Source: Patescibacteria group bacterium
GTDB lineage: Bacteria > Patescibacteriota > Patescibacteriia > Magasanikbacterales > JBBTQS01
Assembly: GCA_038065555.1 (NCBI GenBank)
Contig: JBBTQS010000001.1
Span: forward strand, 363,751-427,750
Length of the DNA: 64,000 nucleotides
Direction: 5' to 3'
Shown here: positions 10,211-20,310 of the stretch, piece after piece
How positions within the stretch are numbered: the stretch's first letter is position 1
How the letters are laid out: the number at the start of each line of letters is the position of its first letter
Made by a program: the position numbers and the translations under genes
Notes under the pieces: generated by a model
Databases searched by the model: none
Told to the model about the DNA's origin: nothing
Seen by the model: only the letters and a program-made list of their open reading frames with translations

Positions 10211-11956
10211 ATGGAGAAAGTCTGGACAGTATCAACGCCTCCTGCGGCGACTGATACAACTGATGGATATCTCGCAACGCTGCACCCCTTGGTGCAGCAG
10301 TTGCTTCGTAGCCGAGGAATGCACACCGCTGAGTCAGCCGAGAAATTTCTCACACCGCGATACGACCGTGATGTGCACAATCCATTTCTCTTTCGTGACA
10401 TGCGCCGCGCAGTGGATCGCGTGTGGCTGGCTATCGCATCCCAAGATCTCATCATTGTGCATGGTGACTATGATGCTGATGGTGTGTGCGGTGCAGCTAT
10501 TCTCTGTACAACTCTGCGCGCATTGGGCGCCAATGTAGAGTCATTTCTCCCCCACCGCGAACACGACGGCTACGGACTCAACAAAAAAACAGTCGACACA
10601 CTCCACGAGCGCGGCGCGCGACTCATCATCACGTGTGACTGCGGAGTGAGCAATGGTGCCGAGATCGCACACGCCAATACCTACGGCATTGATGTCATTA
10701 TCACTGACCATCACCAGGTACCGCCGATTATTCCGGAAGCGTTTGCAATCCTGCATCCCAAGGTTGATGGCGAGACATACCCAGACCAGACACTCTCTGG
10801 TGGTGGTGTGGCATTCAAATTAGCGCAGGGGCTCCTTGCAGAACATCGCGCGCGCGGGAATCAGACTATTGCAGGAATGCCACACGAAGGATTCGAAAAA
10901 TGGCTTCTCGATCTTGTTGCAATCTCGAGTGTGGCAGACATGGTTCCGCTCCTGCATGAGACTCGCGCACTCACACGATTTGGTCTCGTCGTGCTCAACA
11001 AAACACGCCGCATCGGACTCCAAAAACTTCTCGAGACCACCGGACGCAAAGAGCGCACCATGGATACCACGACCATTGGATTCAAGATCGCACCGCGTAT
11101 CAATGCTGCCGGACGCATGGACCATGCAAGTGAAGCGCTCGCGCTGCTCATGAGCGAGACTGAAGAAGAAGCACAGCCCATAGCAGAGCGTATTCATAGC
11201 TACAACACCTTGCGCCAAAAGTTGACTGAGGAGCTGACAAAGCGCGGCCGAGAACTCGTACGAACTACGCACGACACGGAAAACGATCCGATTCTTTTTG
11301 TTCGAGGTGACGGTTGGTCCCCTGGAGTCATCGGTCTCATTGCTAGCCGACTCAAGGACGATTACAACAAGCCAGTCATTGTGTTAGGGCAAGCAGGCGA
11401 TTCCTACGTTGGATCAGGTCGGTCTGTGGAGACATTTCATATTACCAACGCACTCCATGAAGTTGCGCCGTACTTGTTGAAATTCGGCGGGCACCCACAA
11501 GCATGCGGATTTACACTCAAATCGCGCGACGTCTATGACGAATTTTGCGCAGCGCTGACCGAAGTTGCGAAGCGTCGACTCGTGGAGTCGCCGACAGCGC
11601 CACCGATTCTGGAGATCGATGCGGAGCTCAACCTCGACACGATCGATACACGACTCGTGCAGGTGCTGGAGCAGTTCGCGCCATTTGGCATTGGGAACAA
11701 CGAACCAACATTCGTTGCGCGTGGCGTGATTGTGGTAGAGTCACTGGGCATGGGTTCTACACAGAACCACACTCGCCTCACCCTCCAGCAATCTGACCGT
11801 GGCCGCCCTATGAAATTTGTGGCTTTTTTCTCCAAACTGTGGCAACGTGTGGAGCGAGGAATGCGTGTAGACGTCGTATTCCAGCTCGGCACCAACGAAT
11901 GGAACGGCCGGCAAGAAATTGAATGCAAAATAATTGATCTCAAGCCTCTCGTATGA
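10211..11956 (+). CDS. recJ: ssDNA exonuclease RecJ
   Basis: GDYDADG, TCDCG, TDHH, APRINAAGR, GSGRS, FGGH motifs. Confidence 0.98.
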   Translation: MEKVWTVSTPPAATDTTDGYLATLHPLVQQLLRSRGMHTAESAEKFLTPRYDRDVHNPFLFRDMRRAVDRVWLAIASQDLIIVHGDYDADGVCGAAILCTTLRALGANVESFLPHREHDGYGLNKKTVDTLHERGARLIITCDCGVSNGAEIAHANTYGIDVIITDHHQVPPIIPEAFAILHPKVDGETYPDQTLSGGGVAFKLAQGLLAEHRARGNQTIAGMPHEGFEKWLLDLVAISSVADMVPLLHETRALTRFGLVVLNKTRRIGLQKLLETTGRKERTMDTTTIGFKIAPRINAAGRMDHASEALALLMSETEEEAQPIAERIHSYNTLRQKLTEELTKRGRELVRTTHDTENDPILFVRGDGWSPGVIGLIASRLKDDYNKPVIVLGQAGDSYVGSGRSVETFHITNALHEVAPYLLKFGGHPQACGFTLKSRDVYDEFCAALTEVAKRRLVESPTAPPILEIDAELNLDTIDTRLVQVLEQFAPFGIGNNEPTFVARGVIVVESLGMGSTQNHTRLTLQQSDRGRPMKFVAFFSKLWQRVERGMRVDVVFQLGTNEWNGRQEIECKIIDLKPLV

Positions 11957-12363
11957 AACTCATCAGCTACACCGACGGCGGCGCACGCAACAACCCAGGA
12001 CCAGCAGCCTCTGGCATAGTCATTCTCACAGAATCTGGCGACGTTGTTGCAGGATTTGGACGATGGTTGGGATCTCAGACCAACAACTACGCCGAATACA
12101 TGGCACTCGTCTTCGCACTCGAACGCGCACTTGAGCTTGGCGCAGACGAACTCGAATGTCGCATGGATTCCAAGTTAGTAGCAGAACAAATGTCAGGCAA
12201 CTGGCGCGTGAAGGATCCAGGATTGCAAGTGTTGTTTCTCAAGGCGATCAAACTCGTCAAAGAATTCAAAAAAGTGAAGTTCGTGCATGTGCGTCGCGAG
12301 TATAACAAGGAGGCTGACGCGTGGGTGAACAGAGCGTTGGACGTGCAGCACGACGTGTCGTAA
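11953..12363 (+). CDS. rnhA: Ribonuclease HI
   Basis: TDGGARNNPGPAA, TNNYAEY, DSKLV, NKEAD. Confidence 0.95.
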   Translation: MKLISYTDGGARNNPGPAASGIVILTESGDVVAGFGRWLGSQTNNYAEYMALVFALERALELGADELECRMDSKLVAEQMSGNWRVKDPGLQVLFLKAIKLVKEFKKVKFVHVRREYNKEADAWVNRALDVQHDVS

Positions 12364-12372
12364 CTACAACAA

Positions 12373-12447
12373 AAAGCAAAAGGAGTTCATTTTCAAGTCC
12401 TCCCCGTTAACTGAGGTCCGGGCTTGAAAATGAACTCCTTTTGCTTT
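12373..12447. repeat. 28-bp inverted repeat between convergent genes
   Basis: AAAGCAAAAGGAGTTCATTTTCAAGTCC ... GGGCTTGAAAATGAACTCCTTTTGCTTT; one G-T wobble, 19-nt loop. Confidence 0.9.
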
Positions 12448-12471
12448 CTCTCGCAGCCACGCTACACCGCG

Positions 12472-13050
12472 CTACTCGTCGAAATCTTCTACGCCCATGC
12501 GTCGGCCTCCGCCGCCGCCTCGATTATTTTGGAGAACAATCATGGCTACGATTGGTGCGATGAGCCATACGAATCGGCCGATATCAGACAGAAATACTTG
12601 TTGTGTCATTGGCGCAAGGAGCGCAATGCTCGTGAGCGGTAGGAATGACAAGACGATGCTGATGAGCAGTCCAACGTGCAGTACGCTATAGATCGATACT
12701 TGGAGCCAATTGCCATTGCGTGGGTTGGCACGCGAAAGCGCGTCTGAGAGTGCACTGCGGGAAAGTAAGAAAAAGAAGATCACGAATGATCCAACGAACA
12801 CGGTGAATTTGGCGCCAAATCCTTGGACGTCTACTTGTGCTGTGATCGTGCGCAGAAATGGTGTATTCCCTACAATAGCCAGCGCCATGTAGAGCCCCAC
12901 CATGATCACGATGATACGGTCGCGCCCGAGCGACACACCGTACAAGAACGACGCAACAATGAAAAAAATCCAAATGAAAAGATCCCACGTTGGCGAGGTC
13001 CAGTTGATCGAATGAGCGAAATTGGTCACGCTTCCCAAGAAGCTGGACAT
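12472..13050 (-). CDS. Hypothetical integral membrane protein
   Basis: 192 aa, about 5 hydrophobic segments. Confidence 0.8.
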   Translation of the reverse strand: MSSFLGSVTNFAHSINWTSPTWDLFIWIFFIVASFLYGVSLGRDRIIVIMVGLYMALAIVGNTPFLRTITAQVDVQGFGAKFTVFVGSFVIFFFLLSRSALSDALSRANPRNGNWLQVSIYSVLHVGLLISIVLSFLPLTSIALLAPMTQQVFLSDIGRFVWLIAPIVAMIVLQNNRGGGGGRRMGVEDFDE

Positions 13051-13121
13051 AGTTGAGTAGATCGATTATACCATATGCAGTTACGCGGACCAACCTGCGT
13101 ACATGATTGGAGGGATGCACC

Positions 13122-13946
13122 GTGCGATCTGAACACGTCGAGGCACTTCGTTCCTACATCGACAACCTCGGCAGACTAAGTTCTGTGCTGTCGAAGACTA
13201 TTGTTCTTTTGTTCTCCATTCTGCCGGTCGTGCTTACACACAATCTCATTCGTGAAGCACAGTCGATCGAATACGCGATTACGCAGACTACTCTCTACGC
13301 GTTTCTCATCGTGCTCGTGTGCAGAAAGACACGAGATGCATTTCTACACATCTACTGCCACGATAAGTACGTAACACCAGAGCTACTTGTGCAGGAAGTT
13401 GTGAAACAACTGCAAGCTGCACCATGCGCCGAAGAAGACAGACTGCGTAGTACACTGCTCATCCATCAACAATGGCGCAGCCTAGACACCGCACCTTCTG
13501 TCTGGCTGAGCTACGGCCACCGATTGATGTCTGGCGGGTTGATGTTAGCCTTGTTTGTAGCTCCACTTGTACGACCATTTGCTGCAAGTGCTCACCGCGT
13601 ACCATTTGGTGACCCTGCAGCTCCGTGGAGTTCCTACGTAGTAATTGGACTCATCTACGTCATAGCAATGCGCATCACATGGGTAACCACAGTCGTCACA
13701 ACACGCACACAGCGCGATGCGTGGGAAAAGGAGTCTGACAGGTCGATCCTATACACTCCACCCTATCAACTCTTAGACCGTACGCTCCCCACATCTCGCG
13801 TCGATCAATTGTGGATTCGGATCACGAGCAACGGAACAATATCCCTCTTCAACGAACGTCCCACCACAACTCGTGCATCTGGGGCAACCCGAAAAGGGCA
13901 TCTGCGCATCGTACGAACGAACACAGGCGACTCTGATTCGCCGTGA
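13122..13946 (+). CDS. Hypothetical membrane protein
   Basis: About 4 TM segments; GTG start after GGAGG. Confidence 0.65.
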   Translation: MRSEHVEALRSYIDNLGRLSSVLSKTIVLLFSILPVVLTHNLIREAQSIEYAITQTTLYAFLIVLVCRKTRDAFLHIYCHDKYVTPELLVQEVVKQLQAAPCAEEDRLRSTLLIHQQWRSLDTAPSVWLSYGHRLMSGGLMLALFVAPLVRPFAASAHRVPFGDPAAPWSSYVVIGLIYVIAMRITWVTTVVTTRTQRDAWEKESDRSILYTPPYQLLDRTLPTSRVDQLWIRITSNGTISLFNERPTTTRASGATRKGHLRIVRTNTGDSDSP

Positions 13947-14089
13947 TCCAACAACACTCCGACATACATCTGCCGCTTCTGGGAATTCCCTGAGCGGCAG
14001 CGCTGTTATTATGTGTCATATTGTAGCATTCATGACGATGTGTTAGGGTGCAAACGACTCTGACACAGCCGTCAGAATGAGGAGAATTC

Positions 14090-14695
14090 ATGGAAGACAC
14101 CGATCCTCAGATCGTTGCTGACCACCTCGTGGCAAGCAACAACTTCGGCAAGGCAACGTACGACAGGACGTTGCGCTACGCAGACGGATACGAAGAGGTA
14201 CACCAAGTCACATCGATCGGACCGTCTGTCACCATCTTCGGGATGGTGGAAGATGACCCCGACAGCGTGATCAAGGTGATCATCGTGAAGGAGTACAAGG
14301 AAGGAATCGGCCGTCGGCATCTCGCATGCCCTGGAGCACGCATCAGCACCATAGAAGATGCAATCGACGCCGCGACACGACGCCTGCTCCAAGAGACCGG
14401 GTACGCACCTCGCCCACCATCGCCGCACCACCCCGCAGCCATTCCACTGGGCAAAGGTCCGTACATGGCTCGCAGCGCAATCGACGAAGTCGACATCGTC
14501 ATTCTGCGCAACTGCCACAAAGTTGCAGAACCGCAGCTCCGGCCGAGAGAATCCGTCATGGTGTTCCATTACGACCTCGTGACGCTACTCAACCTCATAC
14601 GCTGCAACGAAATCTCTGACGTGCACGCAGGCAACGCAACGCTTCGCGCATTGCTACACCTCGGATGGTTCACACTGCAACTGCCGAGCAAGTGA
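14090..14695 (+). CDS. Nudix-fold protein with degenerate Nudix box
   Basis: KEYKEG..HLACPGARISTIEDAIDAATRRLLQETGY resembles ADP-ribose pyrophosphatases; GAGGAG SD. Confidence 0.75.
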   Translation: MEDTDPQIVADHLVASNNFGKATYDRTLRYADGYEEVHQVTSIGPSVTIFGMVEDDPDSVIKVIIVKEYKEGIGRRHLACPGARISTIEDAIDAATRRLLQETGYAPRPPSPHHPAAIPLGKGPYMARSAIDEVDIVILRNCHKVAEPQLRPRESVMVFHYDLVTLLNLIRCNEISDVHAGNATLRALLHLGWFTLQLPSK

Positions 14696-14778
14696 CGCCC
14701 TGCACACGCGTAACAGCAAACCGACAACACGAACGCCCACATCCAGACGGAGGTGGGCGTCGTCATTTCTATATTGTC

Positions 14779-15846
14779 TTACGACTCTAATTCGCGTTCT
14801 AGCTCCTCGAGCAACTTGCGAGCTTTGCGACTCACGCGCTTGGGGACATTTACCTCTACTCGGACGAAGAGATCACCGCGCCCTGCAACACCTTTACCAC
14901 GAACACGGAACGTGGTGCCTGATTGTGTGGCGTCTGGGATTTTGAGCTTCACTTCTTCATCTACGATTTGGATCTGCGCTGTTGTGCCGTTGACGAGTGA
15001 CGAGAATGGGAGAAAGTACGTGACGTGGAGATCCATGCCATCACGTGTAATGCGCTCGTCGCGCTCGACGTGGATACGAACGTAGAGATCTCCTGCAGCA
15101 CCGTGCTGTGTCGATGCTTCGCCTTTGCCAGTGAACCTCATGGTGTCGCCATTATTGACGCCACCTGGAATCTTCACAGTAATCTCTGTCTCTTTGCGCT
15201 CGACACCTGTGCCGCGACAGGTGTGACACTTCTTCTCGGGAATGCGACCAGAACCATGACAATCAGTACACGTTGCTCGTGTTTGCATTGCACCGAGAAT
15301 CGTGCGCTGCACCTGTGTGATCTGACCAGAACCGCTACACGTCTTACATGTCACCACAGATGATCCTGGCTCAGCACCAGAACCACTACACGTGTCGCAT
15401 GACTCTCCTTTGCGCAATCGGATCACACGCTCGAGCCCACGAATAGACTCAGCAAATGTGAGCGTGACGTCCACTGCAATATCATCACCTCGCGCAGGTC
15501 CACGCTGACGACCGCCGCCGAAGAAATCACCAAAGCCACCAAACATCTCACCCAGATCTTCGAAGTTCACGTTAAATCCTCCAGGTCCTCCGCCGAAGCC
15601 ACCAAATCCCCCTGCACCACCTGGCGCCGAACCATCAAAAGCACCTGATCCAAACTGATCATATTGCGCCCGCTTCTGCTTGTCGGAGAGCACTTGGTAC
15701 GCTTCGTTGATTTCCTTGAACTTATCCTCAGAACCACCCTGCTTGTCGGGGTGGTACTGATGTGCGAGTCGGCGGTAGGCTTTTTTGAGCTCGTCTTCAG
15801 ACGCACTCTTGTCTACGCCGAGTGTTTTGTAGAAGTCTTTGCTCAT
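14779..15846 (-). CDS. dnaJ: Chaperone DnaJ
   Basis: J-domain HPD, G/F-rich region, four CxxCxGxG repeats. Confidence 0.99.
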   Translation of the reverse strand: MSKDFYKTLGVDKSASEDELKKAYRRLAHQYHPDKQGGSEDKFKEINEAYQVLSDKQKRAQYDQFGSGAFDGSAPGGAGGFGGFGGGPGGFNVNFEDLGEMFGGFGDFFGGGRQRGPARGDDIAVDVTLTFAESIRGLERVIRLRKGESCDTCSGSGAEPGSSVVTCKTCSGSGQITQVQRTILGAMQTRATCTDCHGSGRIPEKKCHTCRGTGVERKETEITVKIPGGVNNGDTMRFTGKGEASTQHGAAGDLYVRIHVERDERITRDGMDLHVTYFLPFSSLVNGTTAQIQIVDEEVKLKIPDATQSGTTFRVRGKGVAGRGDLFVRVEVNVPKRVSRKARKLLEELERELES

Positions 15847-17784
15847 TTATTTCTGGTCGTTCACGACTTCACCTTCGATTGGACCTTCGTCCTTCTTTGG
15901 CTCGTTGGTGTTGCTTGATGCATCAGCTCCTGGTTGAGCTGCACCGGATTTTTGCTCGTGCTGATACATTGCGGCACCGACTTTTTGCGCTGCATCGGAG
16001 AGCGCGTCGCCTGCTGCCTTGATCTCTTCGAGATTGTCGCCGTCTTTGACGTTCTTCACGGCCTGGATCTTGTCGAGGACTGACTGGCGATCAGCTTCGA
16101 CGATCTCAATCTTCTTCTCTGCTGCTTCCTTGAGCATCTTCTCCGAAGTATAAATCAACGTGTCAGCAATGTTGCGAACTTCGATGAGCTCACGCTTCTT
16201 CTTGTCTGCTTCGGCATTGGTCTCGCCTTCGCGCTTCATGCGTTCGATTTCTTCCTTCGAGAGACCGCTGGATGCCTCAATGCGCACCGACTGCTCCTTG
16301 CCTGTTGCTTTGTCCTTCGCGCGCACCTGGAGAATTCCGTTGGCGTCGATGTCAAAGACTACTTCAACCTGTGGAGTGCCACGTGGTGCTGGTGGAATAC
16401 CATCGAGGATGAATTTGCCGAGTGTCTTGTTGTCTGCTGCCATTTCACGCTCACCTTGCACCACATGAATCTCTACTGATGGCTGACTATCTGCTGCGGT
16501 GGAGAATACCTGCGCTTTGCTCGTTGGAATCGTGGTATTGCGCTCGATGAGCTTGGTCATCACGCCGCCGAGTGTCTCGATGCCAAGAGAGAGTGGAGTG
16601 ACATCAAGGAGCAAAATATCCTTGCCCAAATCACCCTGCAACTGTCCTGCCTGAATCGCAGCACCAACTGCAACCACTTCATCTGGATTCACACCCATGT
16701 GCGGCTTCTTGCCGAAGAACTGCTCTACGATCTTTTGCACAAGCGGCATGCGAGTCATTCCACCAACGAGTACTACTTCATGGAGATCGCTATTGGTGAG
16801 TTTGGCATCTGCAAGCGCTTTGCGGCATGGCTCGAGTGATTTCTCTACAAGATCCTGCACAAGATCTTCGAGTTTTGCACGCGAGAGCTTCAATACCAAA
16901 TGCTTTGGACCTGACGCATCGCTCGTGATAAACGGCTGATTGATTTCGGACTCTTGTGATGTGGAGAGCTCGATCTTCGCCTTCTCCGCAGCTTCCTTGA
17001 TGCGCTGAAGTGCGAGTGGATCACGAGAGAGATCAATCCCTTGATCCTTCTTGAACTCTGTGAGAATCCACTCGATGATGCGCTGGTCGAAGTCATCACC
17101 ACCCAAGTGCGTATCACCGTTGGTTGCCTTGACTTCAACGGTGTTCTGATTGGACTCTGCGTCGTGCGCAACTTCAAGAATCGACACATCAAATGTACCA
17201 CCACCAAGGTCATACACTGCGATCTTCTGATCCTTCGTCTTGTCGAATCCGTATGCAAACGCTGCTGCTGTTGGCTCGTTGATAACGCGCAACACCTTGA
17301 GTCCGGCGATTTCGCCTGCATCCTTGGTTGCCTGGCGCTGTGTGTTGTCGAAATATGCTGGAACCGTGATTACTGCTTCGGTAATCTTCTCGCCGAGACG
17401 CTCTTCAGCATCTGCTTTGAGCTTCGCAAGAATCATTGCGGAGATTTCTTGTGGTGTGTACTCCTTGTCACCGAGCACTGCCTTCACGCCATCTCCAGCC
17501 TTCACGATCTTGTATGGCATGTTCTTGATTGCACGCTGCACTTCTACATCTTCGTATCGACGACCAATGAGACGCTTGATCGAGTAGAGTGTGTGCTCTG
17601 GGTTAGTCACAGACTGACGCTTCGCGAGCAATCCTACTTGGCGCTCCCCTGTCTTTGTGACAGCAACAACCGAAGGTGTGGTGCGCGCACCTTCGCGATT
17701 TTCAATAATTTTTGGGCTACCACCCTCCATGATCGCAACTGCGGAGTTGGTAGTACCGAGGTCAATACCGAGAATTTTTGCCAT
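15847..17784 (-). CDS. dnaK: Chaperone DnaK
   Basis: [32 protein letters not shown]. Confidence 0.99.
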   Translation of the reverse strand: MAKILGIDLGTTNSAVAIMEGGSPKIIENREGARTTPSVVAVTKTGERQVGLLAKRQSVTNPEHTLYSIKRLIGRRYEDVEVQRAIKNMPYKIVKAGDGVKAVLGDKEYTPQEISAMILAKLKADAEERLGEKITEAVITVPAYFDNTQRQATKDAGEIAGLKVLRVINEPTAAAFAYGFDKTKDQKIAVYDLGGGTFDVSILEVAHDAESNQNTVEVKATNGDTHLGGDDFDQRIIEWILTEFKKDQGIDLSRDPLALQRIKEAAEKAKIELSTSQESEINQPFITSDASGPKHLVLKLSRAKLEDLVQDLVEKSLEPCRKALADAKLTNSDLHEVVLVGGMTRMPLVQKIVEQFFGKKPHMGVNPDEVVAVGAAIQAGQLQGDLGKDILLLDVTPLSLGIETLGGVMTKLIERNTTIPTSKAQVFSTAADSQPSVEIHVVQGEREMAADNKTLGKFILDGIPPAPRGTPQVEVVFDIDANGILQVRAKDKATGKEQSVRIEASSGLSKEEIERMKREGETNAEADKKKRELIEVRNIADTLIYTSEKMLKEAAEKKIEIVEADRQSVLDKIQAVKNVKDGDNLEEIKAAGDALSDAAQKVGAAMYQHEQKSGAAQPGADASSNTNEPKKDEGPIEGEVVNDQK

Positions 17785-17785
17785 A

Positions 17786-18214
17786 CTAGTTTTTCTTAAT
17801 TTCTACTTCGATTGTCTTAGTTTTTTTGTCGTCCATCTTGGGAGCAGTGATCTTGAGAACACCATTTTCGTATTCTGCTTTTACTGCTTCGGCGTCTACC
17901 TTGCCTGGCAAGTGGAGTGCGCGGCTGAATGATCCCGAACGAACTTCCTTGCGATAGTAGTTCTTCTCATCAACCTCGCGTTCGCGACGCGTCTCACCAC
18001 TGATGATGAGCATATCGCCCTCCACGCGAACTGACACATCCTTGGGCTCAATACCCGCAAGTGGAGTCTCGACGACCACCGCATCCTTCGTCTCATACAT
18101 ATCGACTGCTGGAATGAAGCTGCGTCCGCCAGCTGTTGCTGGCAAAAACGTGTTCATGAGTTCATCCATCTCCTGGAACGGATCAATGCGTGGCGACCAT
18201 TTGATAAGTGACAT
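17786..18214 (-). CDS. Hsp20/alpha-crystallin small heat shock protein
   Basis: [32 protein letters not shown]; start placed at MSLIKW. Confidence 0.95.
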   Translation of the reverse strand: MSLIKWSPRIDPFQEMDELMNTFLPATAGGRSFIPAVDMYETKDAVVVETPLAGIEPKDVSVRVEGDMLIISGETRREREVDEKNYYRKEVRSGSFSRALHLPGKVDAEAVKAEYENGVLKITAPKMDDKKTKTIEVEIKKN

Positions 18215-18231
18215 ATGAGATTGGTTAGGAA

Positions 18232-18720
18232 TTATGTGGTTTGCTTCACAACCATGACCTTGGCAACACGTACGACGGTCTCGCCAATGCGGTACCCAGG
18301 CTGCACGCACCGTGCGATCGTATCCTCTGCCGCACCTTCCTTGGGCTCGCTTCCAATGACTTCGTGGAGTCGAGTGTCGACAGCGCCTGTGCATGGAATC
18401 TCTTCGAGTCCCAATTCTCGCAACGCCGCAGCGAACTGATTCTTGATGTGCTCGATCCCTGTGATCCACTGCTGCACTTGCTCGGGAGACTCGCTCGGCG
18501 CATGCGCAAATGCCATCAGGAAATTATCATAGACTGGGAGAAACGTTGCAGCAGCAGTGTAGATACTACTCACGCGCATTTGCGAACGCTCGCGCAAGAG
18601 ATCTTTTTGGAGATTCTCGTAATCTGCAACTGCTCGCTTCCATTGTGCGAGATAGGACTCGCACTGATGCGGCACTGATTCTGCCGCAGCGTCATTTGAA
18701 ATGTCTTTGTGATCTTCCAT
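18232..18720 (-). CDS. grpE: Nucleotide exchange factor GrpE
   Basis: RAVADYENL, LPVYDNF, HEVI, QPGYRIGETVVRVAKV; start placed at MEDHK. Confidence 0.95.
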   Translation of the reverse strand: MEDHKDISNDAAAESVPHQCESYLAQWKRAVADYENLQKDLLRERSQMRVSSIYTAAATFLPVYDNFLMAFAHAPSESPEQVQQWITGIEHIKNQFAAALRELGLEEIPCTGAVDTRLHEVIGSEPKEGAAEDTIARCVQPGYRIGETVVRVAKVMVVKQTT

Positions 18721-18724
18721 AGTG

Positions 18725-19429
18725 TTATGCAATACAATGTGTTTCGAGATAGGTCTTGGCTGCACGCATGGCGCCGATGGATGTGTTGTAATCCATACGC
18801 ATCGGTCCGATGATTCCCATGAGACTCTTCGTGTTCCCTTCCCACGCAAATGGGACGAACATGATGGTGCACGAGTCACCAAACGGATTGCCTGGGCCAA
18901 TATGCATATGCATATCCTTGTCCCCGATGAGACGGTAGAGATCTGGCGCAATGTCATCAAATCGATCGAGCAACGCCGTAACATTTTGCACCGTGCCCAT
19001 TTCTGCAAATTCAGGTTGACTGAATAAGTGCGTGAGACCGGTGTAGTATGTCTGCTCTCGCGAGAGCACAAGGAACACAGCAGCATTGAGCGCTTCTGCC
19101 TGTTGCTTTGCAATATGTTTGATGGCGCGCGCGATATCTGTTACATCTGGCTGCTCAGACAATGCTGCAAAGAACGATTCAGGAACGGTTGGCTGCAGGA
19201 AATGCTCGACATACTTGCGGTATGCACGCGCAGTAGGAATGCGACCCGCACTCGTATGCGGCGAGATCACATAGCCTTCTTCTTCCAACTCCTTGAGGTC
19301 ATTGCGCACCGTTGCTGAGCTTACCGAAAGGTCGAGGAACGTAAGGAGCGCCTGGGAGCCAACTGGCTCAGCAGACGTAACGTACAAATCCACGATTCCT
19401 TTGAGTAATTCCTCTTTGCGGTCTGGCAT
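18725..19429 (-). CDS. hrcA: Heat-inducible repressor HrcA (short form)
   Basis: EPVGS, SSATVRNDL, PHTSAGRIPT, IIGPMRMDY. Confidence 0.95.
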   Translation of the reverse strand: MPDRKEELLKGIVDLYVTSAEPVGSQALLTFLDLSVSSATVRNDLKELEEEGYVISPHTSAGRIPTARAYRKYVEHFLQPTVPESFFAALSEQPDVTDIARAIKHIAKQQAEALNAAVFLVLSREQTYYTGLTHLFSQPEFAEMGTVQNVTALLDRFDDIAPDLYRLIGDKDMHMHIGPGNPFGDSCTIMFVPFAWEGNTKSLMGIIGPMRMDYNTSIGAMRAAKTYLETHCIA

Positions 19430-19456
19430 AGGGCTTGCCCCCAATATAACGCAAGA

Positions 19457-19483
19457 TTAGCACTCATGTCAAGAGAGTGCTAA
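19457..19483. promoter_or_regulatory. CIRCE operator overlapping the hrcA promoter -35
   Basis: Perfect TTAGCACTC-N9-GAGTGCTAA; minus-strand TTGACA (19467-19472) in the spacer and TATATT (19443-19448). Confidence 0.97.
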
Positions 19484-19503
19484 TCACTAAGAAATCCGCG
19501 GAT

Positions 19504-20307
19504 TTAGAAGAGAAAAAGCCAAGCAATCACCCCTGCCAATGCCAGGCGATACCAGATAAAAATCGAGAGACTCTGCTTTGCGAGCACGCGCATCAACCAC
19601 CGAATTACGGCGTACCCGACTACGAACGCGGTCGCGAGACCTACGAGCACTGGAGTAGCAAGGAGGGCTTGCGCTCCAGACTCCTGCGCCACCTGAACTG
19701 CCTTCAATGATCCCGCGCCGAGAAACGCTGGAATACCGAGCAAAAATGCAGTGCGCGCAGCCATGCGTGCGTCAGCTCCCATGCGGATCGCTGCAGCCAT
19801 CGTGATGCCCGAACGTGACACACCTGGGAATAGCGCCATTGCCTGCGCCAATCCAATCCACAACCATTGCTCCAGTCTCCACCGCTCCACTTTCCCGAAC
19901 CGCTGCGCGCGCAATCGCAGATGCGCCATAATGAGCGCGAGTGTTCCCACCGCACTTCCCACAAGCACCATCACCGGTGTACGTGTGAACTGTTCAATCA
20001 CATCATCGAAGAGCAATCCCACAATGACTACAGGAATCGTACCCAATATCATCCCCCACGCTGTGGTCGACTCCTGCGGATATTTGCGAGGATTGAAAAA
20101 CCCTCGAATAATTTCAAGGAGATCATTCCAAAAATACACAACAATGGCGAGCAGCGTACCAAGGTGCAACATGGCATCAAACGCCAACCCCATGTCACTC
20201 CACCCCAACACACGCGGAACCAAAATCAAATGCCCTGAGCTAGAGATTGGCAAAAACTCAGTGATTCCTTGAACAGCACCCAGGACTAACGCTTGTACTG
20301 CTTCCAT
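19504..20307 (-). CDS. uppP: Undecaprenyl-diphosphatase
   Basis: QGITEFLPISSSGHL, PGVSRSGIT. Confidence 0.97.
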   Translation of the reverse strand: MEAVQALVLGAVQGITEFLPISSSGHLILVPRVLGWSDMGLAFDAMLHLGTLLAIVVYFWNDLLEIIRGFFNPRKYPQESTTAWGMILGTIPVVIVGLLFDDVIEQFTRTPVMVLVGSAVGTLALIMAHLRLRAQRFGKVERWRLEQWLWIGLAQAMALFPGVSRSGITMAAAIRMGADARMAARTAFLLGIPAFLGAGSLKAVQVAQESGAQALLATPVLVGLATAFVVGYAVIRWLMRVLAKQSLSIFIWYRLALAGVIAWLFLF

Positions 20308-20310
20308 ATT

